64,000 bases of DNA from contig JBDGTS010000003.1 in NCBI GenBank assembly GCA_042216675.1, positions 61,477 through 125,476 of the forward strand, given 5' to 3'. Under the pieces are notes generated by a model. That model worked only from the letters and a program-made list of their open reading frames with translations, did no database searches and was not told the origin of the DNA. Numbering within the stretch: position 1 is the first letter of the stretch; each line of letters begins with the position of its first letter. Origin of the DNA: Halobacteriaceae archaeon (lineage in GTDB: Archaea > Halobacteriota > Halobacteria > Halobacteriales > Halobacteriaceae). This document shows positions 19,809 to 30,771 of this stretch, in pieces. The position numbers and the translations under genes were made by a program.

Positions 19809-20792
19809 ATGGTCACTTCGAGCGCCCCCGGCAAGGTGTACCTGTTCGGGGAGCACGCCGTCGTCTACGGCGAGCCTGCGGTCCCGTGCGCCATCGAGCG
19901 CCGGGCACGGGTCACGGTCGAGGAACGGCCGGACCGGCGTTTGCGCGTCTCGGCGCCCGACCTCTCGCTCGACGGCTTCACCGTCGAGTACGAGGGCGGT
20001 ACCGACGAAGCGCCCGACGTGGACGTGCCGACGCCTCTCGTCGAGGCGGCGATGGGCTACGTCGACGAGGCCGTCGCGCAGGCCCGGGACGCCGCGGACG
20101 CGCCCGACGCCGGTTTCGACGTCACCATCGAGAGCGACATCCCACTCGGCGCGGGCCTCGGGTCGTCTGCGGCGGTGGCCGTCGCCGGCATCGACGCGGC
20201 GACGCGCGAACTCGGCGTCGAACTCACACCCGAAGCGGTCGCGGACCGGGCGTACCGCGTCGAACACGCCGTACAGGACGGCGAGGCGTCCCGCGCAGAC
20301 ACGTTCTGCTCGGCGATGGGTGGCGCCGTCCGCGTCGAGGGCGACGACTGCCGGACCATCGACGCGCCGGCTCTCCCGTTCGTCGTCGGCTACGACGGCG
20401 GTGCGGGCGACACGGGCGCTCTCGTCGCGGGCGTTCGGGACCTGCGCGAGGAGTACGGCTTCGCCGCCGACACGGTGACGGCCATCGGCGACCTCGTGCG
20501 CGAGGGCGAGGACTTGCTGGCGGCGGGCGACGTGGACAGCCTCGGCGACTTGATGGACTTCAATCACGGCTTGCTCTCGGCGCTGGGCGTCTCCGCCCGG
20601 TCGCTCGACGCGATGGTGTGGGCCGCGCGCGAGGCGGGCGCCCACGGCGCCAAACTCACTGGCGCCGGCGGCGGTGGCTGTGTCGTCGCACTCGACGACA
20701 CCGAGGCCACGCGCACGTCGCTCGAACTCACGCCGGCCTGCGAGGAGGCGTTCCGCGCCGCACTCGACACCGAGGGGGTGCGCCAGCAGTGA
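19809..20792 (+). CDS. mvk: mevalonate kinase
   Basis: PGKVYLFGEHAVVYG, PLGAGLGSSAA, KLTGAGGGG. Confidence 0.95.
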   Translation: MVTSSAPGKVYLFGEHAVVYGEPAVPCAIERRARVTVEERPDRRLRVSAPDLSLDGFTVEYEGGTDEAPDVDVPTPLVEAAMGYVDEAVAQARDAADAPDAGFDVTIESDIPLGAGLGSSAAVAVAGIDAATRELGVELTPEAVADRAYRVEHAVQDGEASRADTFCSAMGGAVRVEGDDCRTIDAPALPFVVGYDGGAGDTGALVAGVRDLREEYGFAADTVTAIGDLVREGEDLLAAGDVDSLGDLMDFNHGLLSALGVSARSLDAMVWAAREAGAHGAKLTGAGGGGCVVALDDTEATRTSLELTPACEEAFRAALDTEGVRQQ

Positions 20793-21520
20793 CGACGGTC
20801 CTCAAACTCGGCGGGAGCGTCGTCACGGAGAAAGACACGCCCGAAACAGTCGACGAGAGAGCCCTCGAACGCGCCGCGGACGCCCTCGCCGGCCGCGAGG
20901 ACGTGGTGGTCGTCCACGGCGGCGGCAGTTTCGGCCACCCTGCGGCCAGCGAACACGGCGTCTCCAGCACCGCCGGGACGGCGAATCCGGCCGCAGTGCG
21001 CGACGTCCACGACGCGATGGGGCGCCTGAACGCCGCCGTACTCGACGCGCTACAGGGCGCGGGCGTGCCGGCGCTCCCGGTGCGGCCACTCTCCGTTGCG
21101 CACCGCGACGGGGAGGGAGACCTGACGCTCCCGACGGCCGCCGTCGAGGGGATGCTCGATGAGGGCTTCGTCCCCGTCCTTCACGGAGACGTGGTTGCCC
21201 ACGCGGGTGCGGGCGCGACAGTACTCAGCGGCGACGAACTCGTGGTCGCCCTCGCGCGCCGCCTCGACGCGGACCGGGTGGGCGTCTGCTCGACGGTGCC
21301 GGGCGTCCTCGACGACGGCGACGTGGTGTCCGAAATCCGGGCGTGGGAGGACGTTGCGGACGTCCTCGGCGAGAGCGAGGCAACGGACGTGACCGGCGGG
21401 ATGGCCGCGAAGGTCAGGGCACTACTCGATTTAGACGCCGCGGCGAGCGTCTTCGGTCTCGACGACCTCGACGCGTTCCTCGACGGCGCGGCCGTGGGGA
21501 CGCTGGTGGACGGCGGCTAG
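20789..21520 (+). CDS. ipk: isopentenyl phosphate kinase
   Basis: VLKLGGSVVT, HGGGSFGH, DVTGGMAAK; GTG overlaps the mvk stop. Confidence 0.92.
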   Translation: MTTVLKLGGSVVTEKDTPETVDERALERAADALAGREDVVVVHGGGSFGHPAASEHGVSSTAGTANPAAVRDVHDAMGRLNAAVLDALQGAGVPALPVRPLSVAHRDGEGDLTLPTAAVEGMLDEGFVPVLHGDVVAHAGAGATVLSGDELVVALARRLDADRVGVCSTVPGVLDDGDVVSEIRAWEDVADVLGESEATDVTGGMAAKVRALLDLDAAASVFGLDDLDAFLDGAAVGTLVDGG

Positions 21521-22695
21521 GCCCCGGCCGGGAGTCGGCCGTCCCGGAAGAGGACGACGAGGACCGCCAGCACGAACGCGACGGAGAGCGCGGACCCGCG
21601 GAACACGGTGTCGAACGCGATTCCGTGCTCGACGAGCAGTCCGAACACGACGCTCCCGGGTGCCTGCATGAGCATCATCGTGGCGCTGTACACCGCGTAC
21701 GCCGACGCGCGGTTGTCGTCCGGAAGCGACGCCAGCATGTACGTGTCGATGACCGGGAACAGGCTGTGGATGACCAGTCCCAGCACCACCGAGAGCGCCG
21801 CGACGGCCCAGACTCCGTGGAGGAACGTCAGCGACGCCAATAGGACGGTGAACAGGCCGAGTATCGAGAACATCAGCGGCACCGTGCGGAACCGGTCCGC
21901 CAGCCGTCCCGAGAAGAACATCGCTGGGACGCCGGCCGCGAACAGCAACATCAGGAGACCCCGAGAGGTGCTGTCCGAGAACTGCTTCACCGACGTGAGG
22001 TAGGTGTCGTAGAAGTTGAAGGTCCCTTGCCAGACGAACCCGGTCACGCCGAGGATGGCGATGCCCGTCAGGATGAGCCGCCACTGGCGCCTGACGGCCC
22101 CGATCAGGTCTTTGTCCTCGGCCCCCGCTTCGGGCATCTCGGTCCGACCCGCGGCGAACGAGAGCAGGGCCGTGGCGACGACGGCCGTTCCGGCGATGCC
22201 GAAGAAGACCGTCTCCCACTCGGCGTGAACGAGCGCCAGACCCACCACGAACGGCGCGCTCACCGCCGCAATCTGAGCGGACATCGCGCGGATGCCGACC
22301 GCCCACCCGACTCTGGAGGGGTACAGTTCGCTGACGAGGGGGTTGGCAGCGATGTAGAAGACGCCACTCGCCGTTCCGATGAGGAACGCGCCGACGGTGA
22401 CGAGCGTGATGGTCGGCGCCACCGCCGTCGCCGACGCGGCCGCGGCCATGAACAGGCCCATGCCGACGATTGCTCGCTGGCGGTCGACGCGAGTCAGGAG
22501 AAAGCCGGTCGGGAGCCGAGACGCGGCGCTCCCGATCCAGACGGTGGTGGCGACGAACCCGGCGGTGCCCGCGCCCACGTGGAAAATCTCCTGAAACGGA
22601 CGGACGAGCGGAGCGAAGGCCACGCGGCTGAAGTTCACGAGGTAAGCGAACAGGCAGATGGTGGCGAACACCTGTCCGCGGCGACTGATTCGCAC
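21517..22695 (-). CDS. MFS transporter
   Basis: About 12 hydrophobic segments, GRLADRF motif. Confidence 0.9.
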   Translation of the reverse strand: MRISRRGQVFATICLFAYLVNFSRVAFAPLVRPFQEIFHVGAGTAGFVATTVWIGSAASRLPTGFLLTRVDRQRAIVGMGLFMAAAASATAVAPTITLVTVGAFLIGTASGVFYIAANPLVSELYPSRVGWAVGIRAMSAQIAAVSAPFVVGLALVHAEWETVFFGIAGTAVVATALLSFAAGRTEMPEAGAEDKDLIGAVRRQWRLILTGIAILGVTGFVWQGTFNFYDTYLTSVKQFSDSTSRGLLMLLFAAGVPAMFFSGRLADRFRTVPLMFSILGLFTVLLASLTFLHGVWAVAALSVVLGLVIHSLFPVIDTYMLASLPDDNRASAYAVYSATMMLMQAPGSVVFGLLVEHGIAFDTVFRGSALSVAFVLAVLVVLFRDGRLPAGA

Positions 22696-22759
22696 GGTGC
22701 CGCGTTCGTGGGCCGGGAAGTCAATCCTTCCGAATCCGGCAGGCCGTCTTTCAGTATTG

Positions 22760-22888
22760 TTTTAACGCCGGGGACAGTAGGCACCCGTAACCGAGAGGGC
22801 CCGTCCCTCGCGGCGAGCGTGGGCGTGTCGGACTCGGCCGCCCTCGGTTCATCGCCGCGTCGGACGGTCCTCACTCGGAGGACAACCA
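22760..22888 (+). promoter_or_regulatory. TATA box and long structured 5' leader of rnj
   Basis: TTTTAA at 22760-65; nested inverted repeats 22791-22878 overlapping GGAGG at 22877-81. Confidence 0.55.
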
Positions 22889-24238
22889 ATGGAAATCGAA
22901 ATTGCCACTATCGGCGGCTACGAGGAAGTCGGTCGGCAGATGACTGCCGTCCGCGCCGGCGACGACGTCGTCATCTTCGACATGGGACTGAACCTGTCGA
23001 AGGTGCTGCTCCACGACAACGTGGAGACCGAACAGATGCACAGTCTCGACCTCATCGACATGGGCGCCATCCCCGACGACCGGGTGATGAGCGACCTCGA
23101 AGGCGACGTGCAGGCCATCGTGCCCACGCACGGTCACCTCGACCACATCGGCGCCATCTCGAAGTTGGCCCACCGGTACGACGCGCCCATCGTCGCCAGC
23201 CCGTTCACCATCGAACTCACTCGCGACCAGATCGAGAGCGAGCAGAAGTTCGGGGTCGAGAACGACCTCGTCAAGATGGAGGCCGGCGAGTCGATGGTCA
23301 TCGGCGACGAGGGGTGTGAACTGGAGTTCGTCCACGTCACACACTCCATCATCGACGCCATCAACCCGGTCCTGCACACGCCCGAGGGCGCCGTCGTCTA
23401 CGGCCTCGACAAGCGCATGGACCACGACCCGGTCCTCGAGGACCCCATCGACATGGAGCGCTTCCGCGAAATCGGTCGCGAGGACGAGGGTGTTCTCTGC
23501 TACATCGAGGACTGCACGAACGCCGGCAAGAAGGGGCGCACGCCCAGTGAATCCGTCGCCCGCCGGCACCTCGAAGACGCGATGCACAGCATGGCGGATT
23601 ACGACGGCGGCATCGTCGCCACCACGTTCTCCTCGCACATCTCGCGGGTCAGCAGTCTCGTCGAGTTCGCACAGGACATCGGCCGTCAACCGGTCCTGTT
23701 GGGTCGCTCGATGGAGCACTACTCCGGCACCGCCGAGCGACTCGGCTACGTCGACTTCCCGGAGGACCTCGGGATGTTCGGGCACCGGAAGTCCGTCGAC
23801 CGGACGTTCAAGCGAATCATGAACGAGGGCAAGGAGAACTACCTGCCCATCGTCACCGGCCATCAGGGCGAACCGCGCGCGATGCTCACCCGGATGGGAC
23901 GCGGCGAGACGCCCTACGACATCGAGGACGGCGACAAGGTCATCTTCTCGGCTCGGGTCATCCCGGAGCCGACGAACGAGGGCCAGCGCTACCAGTCCGA
24001 GAACCTCCTGCGCATGCAGGGCGCCCGCATCTACGACGACATCCACGTCTCGGGCCACCTCCGCGAGGAGGGCCACTACGAGATGCTTCAGGCGCTCCAG
24101 CCCCAGAACATCATCCCTGCCCACCAGGACATGAAGGGCTTCGCGCCGTACGTCGACCTCGCCAGCAGTCAGGGGTACGAGGTCGGGGAAGACCTTCACG
24201 TGACCCAGAACGGCAACACGATCACGCTCGTCGAGTGA
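22889..24238 (+). CDS. rnj: ribonuclease J (beta-CASP metallo-beta-lactamase)
   Basis: [19 protein letters not shown]. Confidence 0.93.
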   Translation: MEIEIATIGGYEEVGRQMTAVRAGDDVVIFDMGLNLSKVLLHDNVETEQMHSLDLIDMGAIPDDRVMSDLEGDVQAIVPTHGHLDHIGAISKLAHRYDAPIVASPFTIELTRDQIESEQKFGVENDLVKMEAGESMVIGDEGCELEFVHVTHSIIDAINPVLHTPEGAVVYGLDKRMDHDPVLEDPIDMERFREIGREDEGVLCYIEDCTNAGKKGRTPSESVARRHLEDAMHSMADYDGGIVATTFSSHISRVSSLVEFAQDIGRQPVLLGRSMEHYSGTAERLGYVDFPEDLGMFGHRKSVDRTFKRIMNEGKENYLPIVTGHQGEPRAMLTRMGRGETPYDIEDGDKVIFSARVIPEPTNEGQRYQSENLLRMQGARIYDDIHVSGHLREEGHYEMLQALQPQNIIPAHQDMKGFAPYVDLASSQGYEVGEDLHVTQNGNTITLVE

Positions 24239-24242
24239 CGCC

Positions 24243-25295
24243 ATGACAACCGCTCAGGACTCAGAGGGGACCGTGGAGGAGGCCGTCGCCGAGCGACGCG
24301 AACTCATCGATTCGGCCCTCGACGAAAAACTGCCGGAGGCGGCACCCGAGCGCCTGTACGAAGCCTCGCGCTCTATCGTCCTCGCGGGTGGGAAGCGCCT
24401 GCGGCCCGCGATGTTGCTGTTGGCCGCTGAAGTGCTGGCCGACGTGGAACCGCTCTCGGAGGACTACACGGACTTCCCGGCCCTCTACGACGACGACGTG
24501 GACGTGATGTCGGCGGCGGTGAGCATCGAGGTCATCCACTCGTTCACGCTCATCCACGACGACATCATGGACGACGACGACATGCGGCGGGGCATCCCGG
24601 CGGTCCACCGGGCCTACGACACGGAGACGGCCATCCTCGCGGGCGACACGCTGTACTCCAAGGCGTTCGAGATTATCCTCGGCACCGACGCCAAGCCGGA
24701 GCTGAGCCTCGACGCCGTCGACCTGTTGGCCAAGACCTGCACCCACATCTGCGAGGGGCAGGCGATGGACGTTGGCTTCGAGACGAAACCCGACGTACTC
24801 CCCGAGGAGTACCGCGAGATGATCGAACTCAAGACGGCGGTCCTCTACGCCGCGGCGGCGGCGATGCCCGCCATCGTGATGGGCGCCCGGAGCGCCGTCG
24901 TCGACTCCCTCTACCAGTACGGGCTCTGCGTGGGACAGGCGTTCCAGATTCAGGACGACGTACTCGACCTGACGACGCCCAGCGACAAACTCGGCAAGCA
25001 GCGCGGTTCGGACCTCGTGGAGGGCAAGCGGACCATCATCACGCTTCACGCCCGCGAGCAGGGCGTCGACGTGGACAACCTTCTCGACGACGCCGAGGAC
25101 GTGGATTCGGTCACCGAGGCCCAAATCGACGAGGCCGTAGCGACGCTCGAGGAGGCCGGTTCCATCGAGTACGCCACCGAGATGGCCCGGGACCTCGTCG
25201 CCGAGGGGAAACGTCACCTCGAAGCGCTCCCCGAGAACGAGGCCCACGACACCCTCGAAGCGGTGGCGGACTACCTCGTCGACCGCGACTACTGA
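24243..25295 (+). CDS. idsA: geranylgeranyl/polyprenyl diphosphate synthase
   Basis: GGKRLRP, HDDIMDDD..RRG, FQIQDD. Confidence 0.93.
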   Translation: MTTAQDSEGTVEEAVAERRELIDSALDEKLPEAAPERLYEASRSIVLAGGKRLRPAMLLLAAEVLADVEPLSEDYTDFPALYDDDVDVMSAAVSIEVIHSFTLIHDDIMDDDDMRRGIPAVHRAYDTETAILAGDTLYSKAFEIILGTDAKPELSLDAVDLLAKTCTHICEGQAMDVGFETKPDVLPEEYREMIELKTAVLYAAAAAMPAIVMGARSAVVDSLYQYGLCVGQAFQIQDDVLDLTTPSDKLGKQRGSDLVEGKRTIITLHAREQGVDVDNLLDDAEDVDSVTEAQIDEAVATLEEAGSIEYATEMARDLVAEGKRHLEALPENEAHDTLEAVADYLVDRDY

Positions 25296-25332
25296 ACGAC
25301 GCCGTTTTGACGCCGCCGGCTGAAGTCGGCCC

Positions 25333-27048
25333 ATGGACGACGACGTACGCGAGCGGATTCGGGCCGCGGCCGAGCGGCAGGCCCTCTACAACGCACTCGA
25401 ACACAGTGGCGACGCACAGGTGGGCGCCATCGTCGGCCCCCTGATGGCCGAGAACCCCGACTTCCGTGAACACGGCGACGAGGTAGCGGGCGTCGTCGCC
25501 CCCGTCGTCAACGAGGTGAACGCCATGTCGCCCGCCGAGCAACGCGAGCGATTGGGCGAGGTGGCCCCGGACCTCCTCGACGAACTCGACGCCGAGGACG
25601 AGGCCGAGGAGGAACCCGCCCTCCCCGACCTGCCGAACGTCGAGGACTACGACGAGGTGCGGATGCGCGTCGCGCCCAACCCCAACGGCCCGTGGCACCT
25701 CGGCCACGCGCGGATGCCCGCCGTCATCGGGACGTACAAGGACATCTACGACGGCTCCTTCCTCGTCCGCTTCGACGACACCGACCCCGAGACGAAGCGC
25801 CCTGACCTCGACGCCTACGACCAGATTCTCGACGCCATCGGCTACCTCGGCTTCGAACCTGACGACGTGATTCGGGCCTCGGACCGACTGGAGACGTACT
25901 ACGACCACGCCCGACGACTCATCGATGCCGGCGGCGCCTACACCTGCTCCTGTCCCGCCGGGGAGTTCTCGGACATGAAAAACGCCGGTGAGGCCTGCCC
26001 GCACCGCGGCAAGGACGCCGAGACGACCCGCGAGGAGTTCGAGGCGATGGTCGACGGCGAGTACGACGCCGGCGACATGGTGCTTCGGGTCCGCACGGAC
26101 ATCGAGCACCCGAATCCGGCGCTCCGCGACTGGGTGGCGTTCCGCCTCATCGACACGCCCCATCCGCGCCCCGTGGCCGCCGACTACCGCTGTTGGCCGA
26201 TGCTCGACTTCCAGAGCGGCGTCGACGACCACCTCACGGGCGTCACGCACATCATCCGGGGCATCGACCTACAGGACTCCGCGAAGCGCCAGCGCTTCGT
26301 CTACGACTACTTCGACTGGGCGTACCCCGAGGTCATCCACTGGGGCCACGTGCAGGTCGAAGCCTACGACGTCGAGATGTCGACGTCGACCATCGCCGAG
26401 AAAATCGAGGCCGGCGAACTCGACGGCTGGGACGACCCGCGCGCGCCGACTCTCGCCAGTCTCCGCCGGCGGGGCATCCGCGGCGAGGCCATCACCGAGG
26501 CGATGATCGGACTCGGCACCTCCACCTCGAACGTCGACCTCTCGATGAGCGCCATCTACTCGAACAACCGCGAACTCGTCGACGACGAGGCGACTCGGCG
26601 CTTCTTCGTCCGCGACGGCCAGTCGGTTCCGGTCGTCGACGGTCCCGACGCGGCCGAACCGCTCTTGCACCCCGACCACGAGGAGCGGGGCACGCGTCAC
26701 ATCCCCGTCGGTGACGCCGTGCGTGTCGAACCTACGGACCTCCCCCCGCAGGGCGACCGGGTGTGGCTCAAGGGCTACGGCTGTGTCCGCTACGACGGCG
26801 AGCGGTTCACCACCACCGGCGACGACATCGTGGCCGTCCGCGAGGAGGGCGTCGACGTGATTCACTGGGTGCCCGACGCGGAGAGCGTTCCGCTCCGTCT
26901 GCGGACGCCCGACGGTGACGAAGAGGGCCACGCCGAACCCGGCCTCACCGACCACGACCCCGACGACGTCGTGCAGTTCGTCCGCGTCGGCTACGCTCGC
27001 ATCGATTCCGTCGCCGAGGAGTCCGTCGCCTACTTCGCCCACGAGTAG
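25333..27048 (+). CDS. gltX: glutamyl-tRNA synthetase
   Basis: APNPNGPWHLGH, RFDDTDP, MSTS, GWDDPR. Confidence 0.96.
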   Translation: MDDDVRERIRAAAERQALYNALEHSGDAQVGAIVGPLMAENPDFREHGDEVAGVVAPVVNEVNAMSPAEQRERLGEVAPDLLDELDAEDEAEEEPALPDLPNVEDYDEVRMRVAPNPNGPWHLGHARMPAVIGTYKDIYDGSFLVRFDDTDPETKRPDLDAYDQILDAIGYLGFEPDDVIRASDRLETYYDHARRLIDAGGAYTCSCPAGEFSDMKNAGEACPHRGKDAETTREEFEAMVDGEYDAGDMVLRVRTDIEHPNPALRDWVAFRLIDTPHPRPVAADYRCWPMLDFQSGVDDHLTGVTHIIRGIDLQDSAKRQRFVYDYFDWAYPEVIHWGHVQVEAYDVEMSTSTIAEKIEAGELDGWDDPRAPTLASLRRRGIRGEAITEAMIGLGTSTSNVDLSMSAIYSNNRELVDDEATRRFFVRDGQSVPVVDGPDAAEPLLHPDHEERGTRHIPVGDAVRVEPTDLPPQGDRVWLKGYGCVRYDGERFTTTGDDIVAVREEGVDVIHWVPDAESVPLRLRTPDGDEEGHAEPGLTDHDPDDVVQFVRVGYARIDSVAEESVAYFAHE

Positions 27049-27086
27049 TACGGCCCTTTTTGAGCGCGGCGGTCGAGAATCAGTTC

Positions 27087-27581
27087 GTGCCACGCGAGGC
27101 GACGCCCGACGATGTGGCCCGGATTCGCCGCGTCGCGGAGCGCGGGTGGAATGCCGCCTACGAGGACAGTCTCTCACAGCGGACCATCGACACAGCGCTC
27201 GCGAACTTCTACGACCCGGCGGCCACGCGGGCGGCCATCGAGAGCGACGACGGCGTGTTTCTCGTCGCCGAACGGGAGGGGCGCGTCGTCGGCTACGTCA
27301 TGGGCGACCCGGCGGACGACCCCGGCGTGGCGACGCTCGGCGCCATCTACGTCGCACCGTCTCGCTGGGGTGAGGGCATCGGCTCGGCGCTCCTCGGCGC
27401 GTTCGAGGACTGGTGTCGGGACCGGGGCTACGACGCGCTCCGCTTTCGCGTCCTCGCCGAGAACGACGTGGGCCGGTCCTTCTACCGCTCACACGGCTAC
27501 GAGGCCGTCGACGAGCGAGAGACGGCGCTGTTCGGGGAGTCGGTTCGAGAACTCGTGTTCCGCGGGTCGGTTCAGTCGTAG
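27087..27581 (+). CDS. GNAT family N-acetyltransferase
   Basis: IYVAPSRWGEGIGSALL, N..GRSFY..HGY; start uncertain (27060 or 27087). Confidence 0.85.
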   Translation: MPREATPDDVARIRRVAERGWNAAYEDSLSQRTIDTALANFYDPAATRAAIESDDGVFLVAEREGRVVGYVMGDPADDPGVATLGAIYVAPSRWGEGIGSALLGAFEDWCRDRGYDALRFRVLAENDVGRSFYRSHGYEAVDERETALFGESVRELVFRGSVQS

Positions 27582-29794
27582 CGCTCGCGCTCCGCGCGCG
27601 CCGCCGCGTTCCCGTAGGCGTCCACCAGCGGGCGGTAGGCACCGCCGAGCGCCCGCATGCACTCGCTCGTGGAGTGGTAGCCGAGGTCCTCGGCCACCGT
27701 GCCCCAACTCCGGTTCTGGAGGACGCGCGTGACGAGCAGTCGCTCCTCGCGGGCCGATAGCACGTCGGGGGCCGGGTCCACGAGGTGCGCGACGGCGAGG
27801 CGGCGGAACGGACGCGGGTCCACGTCGTACAGCGCCGGACCGTAGGCGGCGCCGGCGACGAGGCGCCAGTCCCTGTCGTCGAGGTCCGGGTCCGGGTCGG
27901 CGTCCGTCGCGCGGAGCGTCGCCCGCACCACGTCAGGGTCCGCGTCGCGGAGTGCGTCGGCCAAGACGGCGGGCGCGCGGTCCGCGAACCACGCGGCGTG
28001 GTCGTCGTGGAGCGTCTGCCCGCGTTCGCTCGTCGGCTTCAGGACGATGGCCGAGTACTCGCCGCTCGTCTCGTTGCGCGTCGTCGAGAGATGCACCGCG
28101 CCGTAGCCGTTCGCGTCCCAGAAATCGAGGAGTTCGGGCGTCGCGCCGAACCCGGAGCCGACCCAGTCCGCGTCGGCGCCCGCTTCGACGGCGTCGAGGA
28201 GGGCGGAGCCGAGGCCCCGGGAGCGAACGGCGTGGTGCGTCGCGATGCGGACGACTCGGACCCCTGCCGCCTCGCCCGCCACCTCGTCCCGGAGTTGGCT
28301 CGTCAGCACGTCCGGAATCATGTTGCCGGGGACGCGCCCGCCCTCGTACATCTCGGTCCGCCAGTCCGCGGAGAGCGCGCCCTCGCGGGCGAGCAGAGCG
28401 ACGCTGACGACGTGGCCGTCGTGGCAGAGCGCCCGCACGGAGAGGTTGGGGGCGTCGAGCAGGCGGGCCAAGTCGTCGGGTTCGGTGCGGTAGTGCGCGG
28501 CGACCAGCAAGCCAAACACCTCGCGCAACAGGTGTTCGTCGTCGGCCAACTCCGCGCCGGTGGGCGCGCGCTCGGCGACCGTCTCGGGCGTCGCGCCTTC
28601 GACGAGCTGGTCCACCGGGGGCCGCGCGTCGAGCAACAGCGCGTGGAACGCCCACGACTCCACGGGGTCGCCGCCGGCGTAGCGAATCGGCTCGTGGAGG
28701 CGGACCGTCGTCACCTCGTGCTCGGAGTCGGCGAGTCGGCCCCGGAAGCGCACGTCGAAGCCCCGGCCCGCGCCCTCGTAGCCGTGGACCGTCGTCGTGA
28801 AGCCGACGGCGTCGACGTCGAGGAACGATTCGAGGCGCCGCACCGGGAGCGCGGCCGCCTCGTCCACGAGCAGAACGTCGGGGTCGGCGTCGACGGCCTC
28901 GGCGACGGGGAGGAATCGCACCGCGCCCCCGCCGGCGTCGAGTCGCTTCGGCGGGTCCCCGGAGACGGCGTCGAGCGACCCGAGGTCCGAGAGCAGGGCC
29001 TCGGCGCGGACGAACACTTCTCGCGCGCTCCGGTACCCCGGGGCCGTCACGGCCACGTCGCGCCCCTCGGCGGCGAGGCAGGCGGCCGCGAGACCCGCCG
29101 CGGCGGACTTCCCGCGCCCCCGGTCGGACTCGACGACGACTGCCGAATCGGGGTCCCGCAGGGCTTCGAACGCCGCGACGGCCTCGGCTTGGTCGTCGGT
29201 GAGACAGGCCTCGAAGGCCGCAGCGGGGAACGGAGACCCGGCGGGGGGCGTCGGTGGCGTTCGGGGCCGCCGCGGCGGCGGGTCGGTCAGGCCGTCGTCC
29301 CGAACCGCTTCACTGTCGGCGTCGTAGATGGCGACCCCGCGGTGCGCGCGGAGGGTTTCGACCAGTCGCTCGCGGAAGCGCCCCGTCACGTCGCCCACGT
29401 CGAAGGGCGGGACGGCCAGCGACTCGTCGAAGCCGTCGCGGCGCGCGGGCCACTCCTCGAGGGGCGGCGTCAGGAGGACGAACAGGCCGCCACCGTCGAC
29501 GGCGCCGACGGTCCGCCCGAGGACGTTCGGCGGGCAGGTGTCGTGAGCGTCCACGACGACGACGGCCCGCGTCGTTCCGAGTAGCCGGCCTGCGTGGACC
29601 GGCGCGATGCGCTCGCAGGCCAGCGCCGACGCCTCGCCGACGAGCGTGGTTTCCGTACGGGGTACGTCCGCGGCCGCGAGTGCCGTCTCCGCGGCGTCGT
29701 AGCACGCGTCGCTGTCGCCGGTAATCACGAGGGCGCGGCGCTCGTCGGCCGCGCGCGCCTCCGCCCGGAGCGCTCCGGCGAGGTCCGCAATCAT
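27572..29794 (-). CDS. tmcA: tRNA(Met) cytidine acetyltransferase TmcA/Nat10
   Basis: [47 protein letters not shown]. Confidence 0.93.
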   Translation of the reverse strand: MIADLAGALRAEARAADERRALVITGDSDACYDAAETALAAADVPRTETTLVGEASALACERIAPVHAGRLLGTTRAVVVVDAHDTCPPNVLGRTVGAVDGGGLFVLLTPPLEEWPARRDGFDESLAVPPFDVGDVTGRFRERLVETLRAHRGVAIYDADSEAVRDDGLTDPPPRRPRTPPTPPAGSPFPAAAFEACLTDDQAEAVAAFEALRDPDSAVVVESDRGRGKSAAAGLAAACLAAEGRDVAVTAPGYRSAREVFVRAEALLSDLGSLDAVSGDPPKRLDAGGGAVRFLPVAEAVDADPDVLLVDEAAALPVRRLESFLDVDAVGFTTTVHGYEGAGRGFDVRFRGRLADSEHEVTTVRLHEPIRYAGGDPVESWAFHALLLDARPPVDQLVEGATPETVAERAPTGAELADDEHLLREVFGLLVAAHYRTEPDDLARLLDAPNLSVRALCHDGHVVSVALLAREGALSADWRTEMYEGGRVPGNMIPDVLTSQLRDEVAGEAAGVRVVRIATHHAVRSRGLGSALLDAVEAGADADWVGSGFGATPELLDFWDANGYGAVHLSTTRNETSGEYSAIVLKPTSERGQTLHDDHAAWFADRAPAVLADALRDADPDVVRATLRATDADPDPDLDDRDWRLVAGAAYGPALYDVDPRPFRRLAVAHLVDPAPDVLSAREERLLVTRVLQNRSWGTVAEDLGYHSTSECMRALGGAYRPLVDAYGNAAARAERERYD

Positions 29795-29884
29795 GCCCGG
29801 TCCGTCGCGGCGAACCCGGAAGGGTTCTCCGGTCGGCCGGGCGTCGTGTGTCCGTCTCGCACGGCATCTCACGTTTGAAAGCGC

Positions 29885-30003
29885 TTTTATGGACGGGGAC
29901 CGCTACACAGAGTACAGCCCGCGCGGGGTCGATGATACCCGGCCGTCGGGGGGTAACGGCCGGCGGCCGGGTGCAAGCCCCCGCGGGATTCGGTGATCCA
30001 GCC
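29885..30003 (+). promoter_or_regulatory. TATA box and structured 5' leader of rpl7ae (possible K-turn-like site)
   Basis: TTTTAT at 29885; GGGGT-CGATGAT-ACCCGG...CCGGGT-GCAA-GCCCC stems. Confidence 0.5.
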
Positions 30004-30366
30004 ATGCCAGTATACGTTGATTACGACGTCCCTGCAGACCTCCAAGACAGCGCGCTCGACGCGCTCGAGGTTGCGCGGGACACAGGAACGGTCAAGAAGG
30101 GAACGAACGAGACAACTAAAGCGGTCGAGCGCGGCAACGCCTCGCTCGTCGTCATCGCCGAGGACGTTCAGCCCGAGGAAATCGTGATGCACCTGCCCGA
30201 ACTCGCCGAGGAGAAGGGCATCGCCACGGTTTTCGTCGAGGCGCAGGACGACCTCGGTCGCGCGGCCGGCCTCGAGGTCGGCAGCGCCGCCGCGGCCATC
30301 GTGGACGCCGGCGACGCAGAGGACGACGTCGAGGACATCGCCGCGAAGATAGAGGAACTCCGATAG
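30004..30366 (+). CDS. rpl7ae: 50S ribosomal protein L7Ae
   Basis: [27 protein letters not shown]. Confidence 0.97.
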   Translation: MPVYVDYDVPADLQDSALDALEVARDTGTVKKGTNETTKAVERGNASLVVIAEDVQPEEIVMHLPELAEEKGIATVFVEAQDDLGRAAGLEVGSAAAAIVDAGDAEDDVEDIAAKIEELR

Positions 30367-30370
30367 ACCA

Positions 30371-30595
30371 ATGAGCGCGGAGGAAACTGAAGAGGGCTCC
30401 ACGCCCGCCGAAGTCATCGAGGTCGTCGGCAAGACCGGGATGCACGGCGAGGCGATGCAGGTGAAGTGTCGCATCCAAGAGGGTTCGAATCAGGGCCGCA
30501 TCATCACGCGGAACGTCCTCGGACCCGTCCGCGAGGGCGACGTGCTTCAACTGCGTGAGACGGCCCGCGAAGCTGACTCCATCGGTGGTCAATAA
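30371..30595 (+). CDS. rps28e: 30S ribosomal protein S28e
   Basis: [19 protein letters not shown]. Confidence 0.96.
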   Translation: MSAEETEEGSTPAEVIEVVGKTGMHGEAMQVKCRIQEGSNQGRIITRNVLGPVREGDVLQLRETAREADSIGGQ

Positions 30596-30771
30596 TGCCT
30601 CAAACCCGCGAGTGTGACTTCTGTGGCGCCGACATCGAGCCGGGCACCGGCACGATGTTCGTGTACAGTGACGGCGACGCGGTCCACTTCTGCTCGTCGA
30701 AGTGCGAGAAGAACGCCGACCTCGGGCGCGAGACGCGCGAGGTCGAGTGGGCTGGCGGCGAGGAGGAGTAG
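30595..30771 (+). CDS. rpl24e: 50S ribosomal protein L24e
   Basis: Read by hand: [19 protein letters not shown]...FCSSKCEKN. Confidence 0.95.
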   Translation: MPQTRECDFCGADIEPGTGTMFVYSDGDAVHFCSSKCEKNADLGRETREVEWAGGEEE

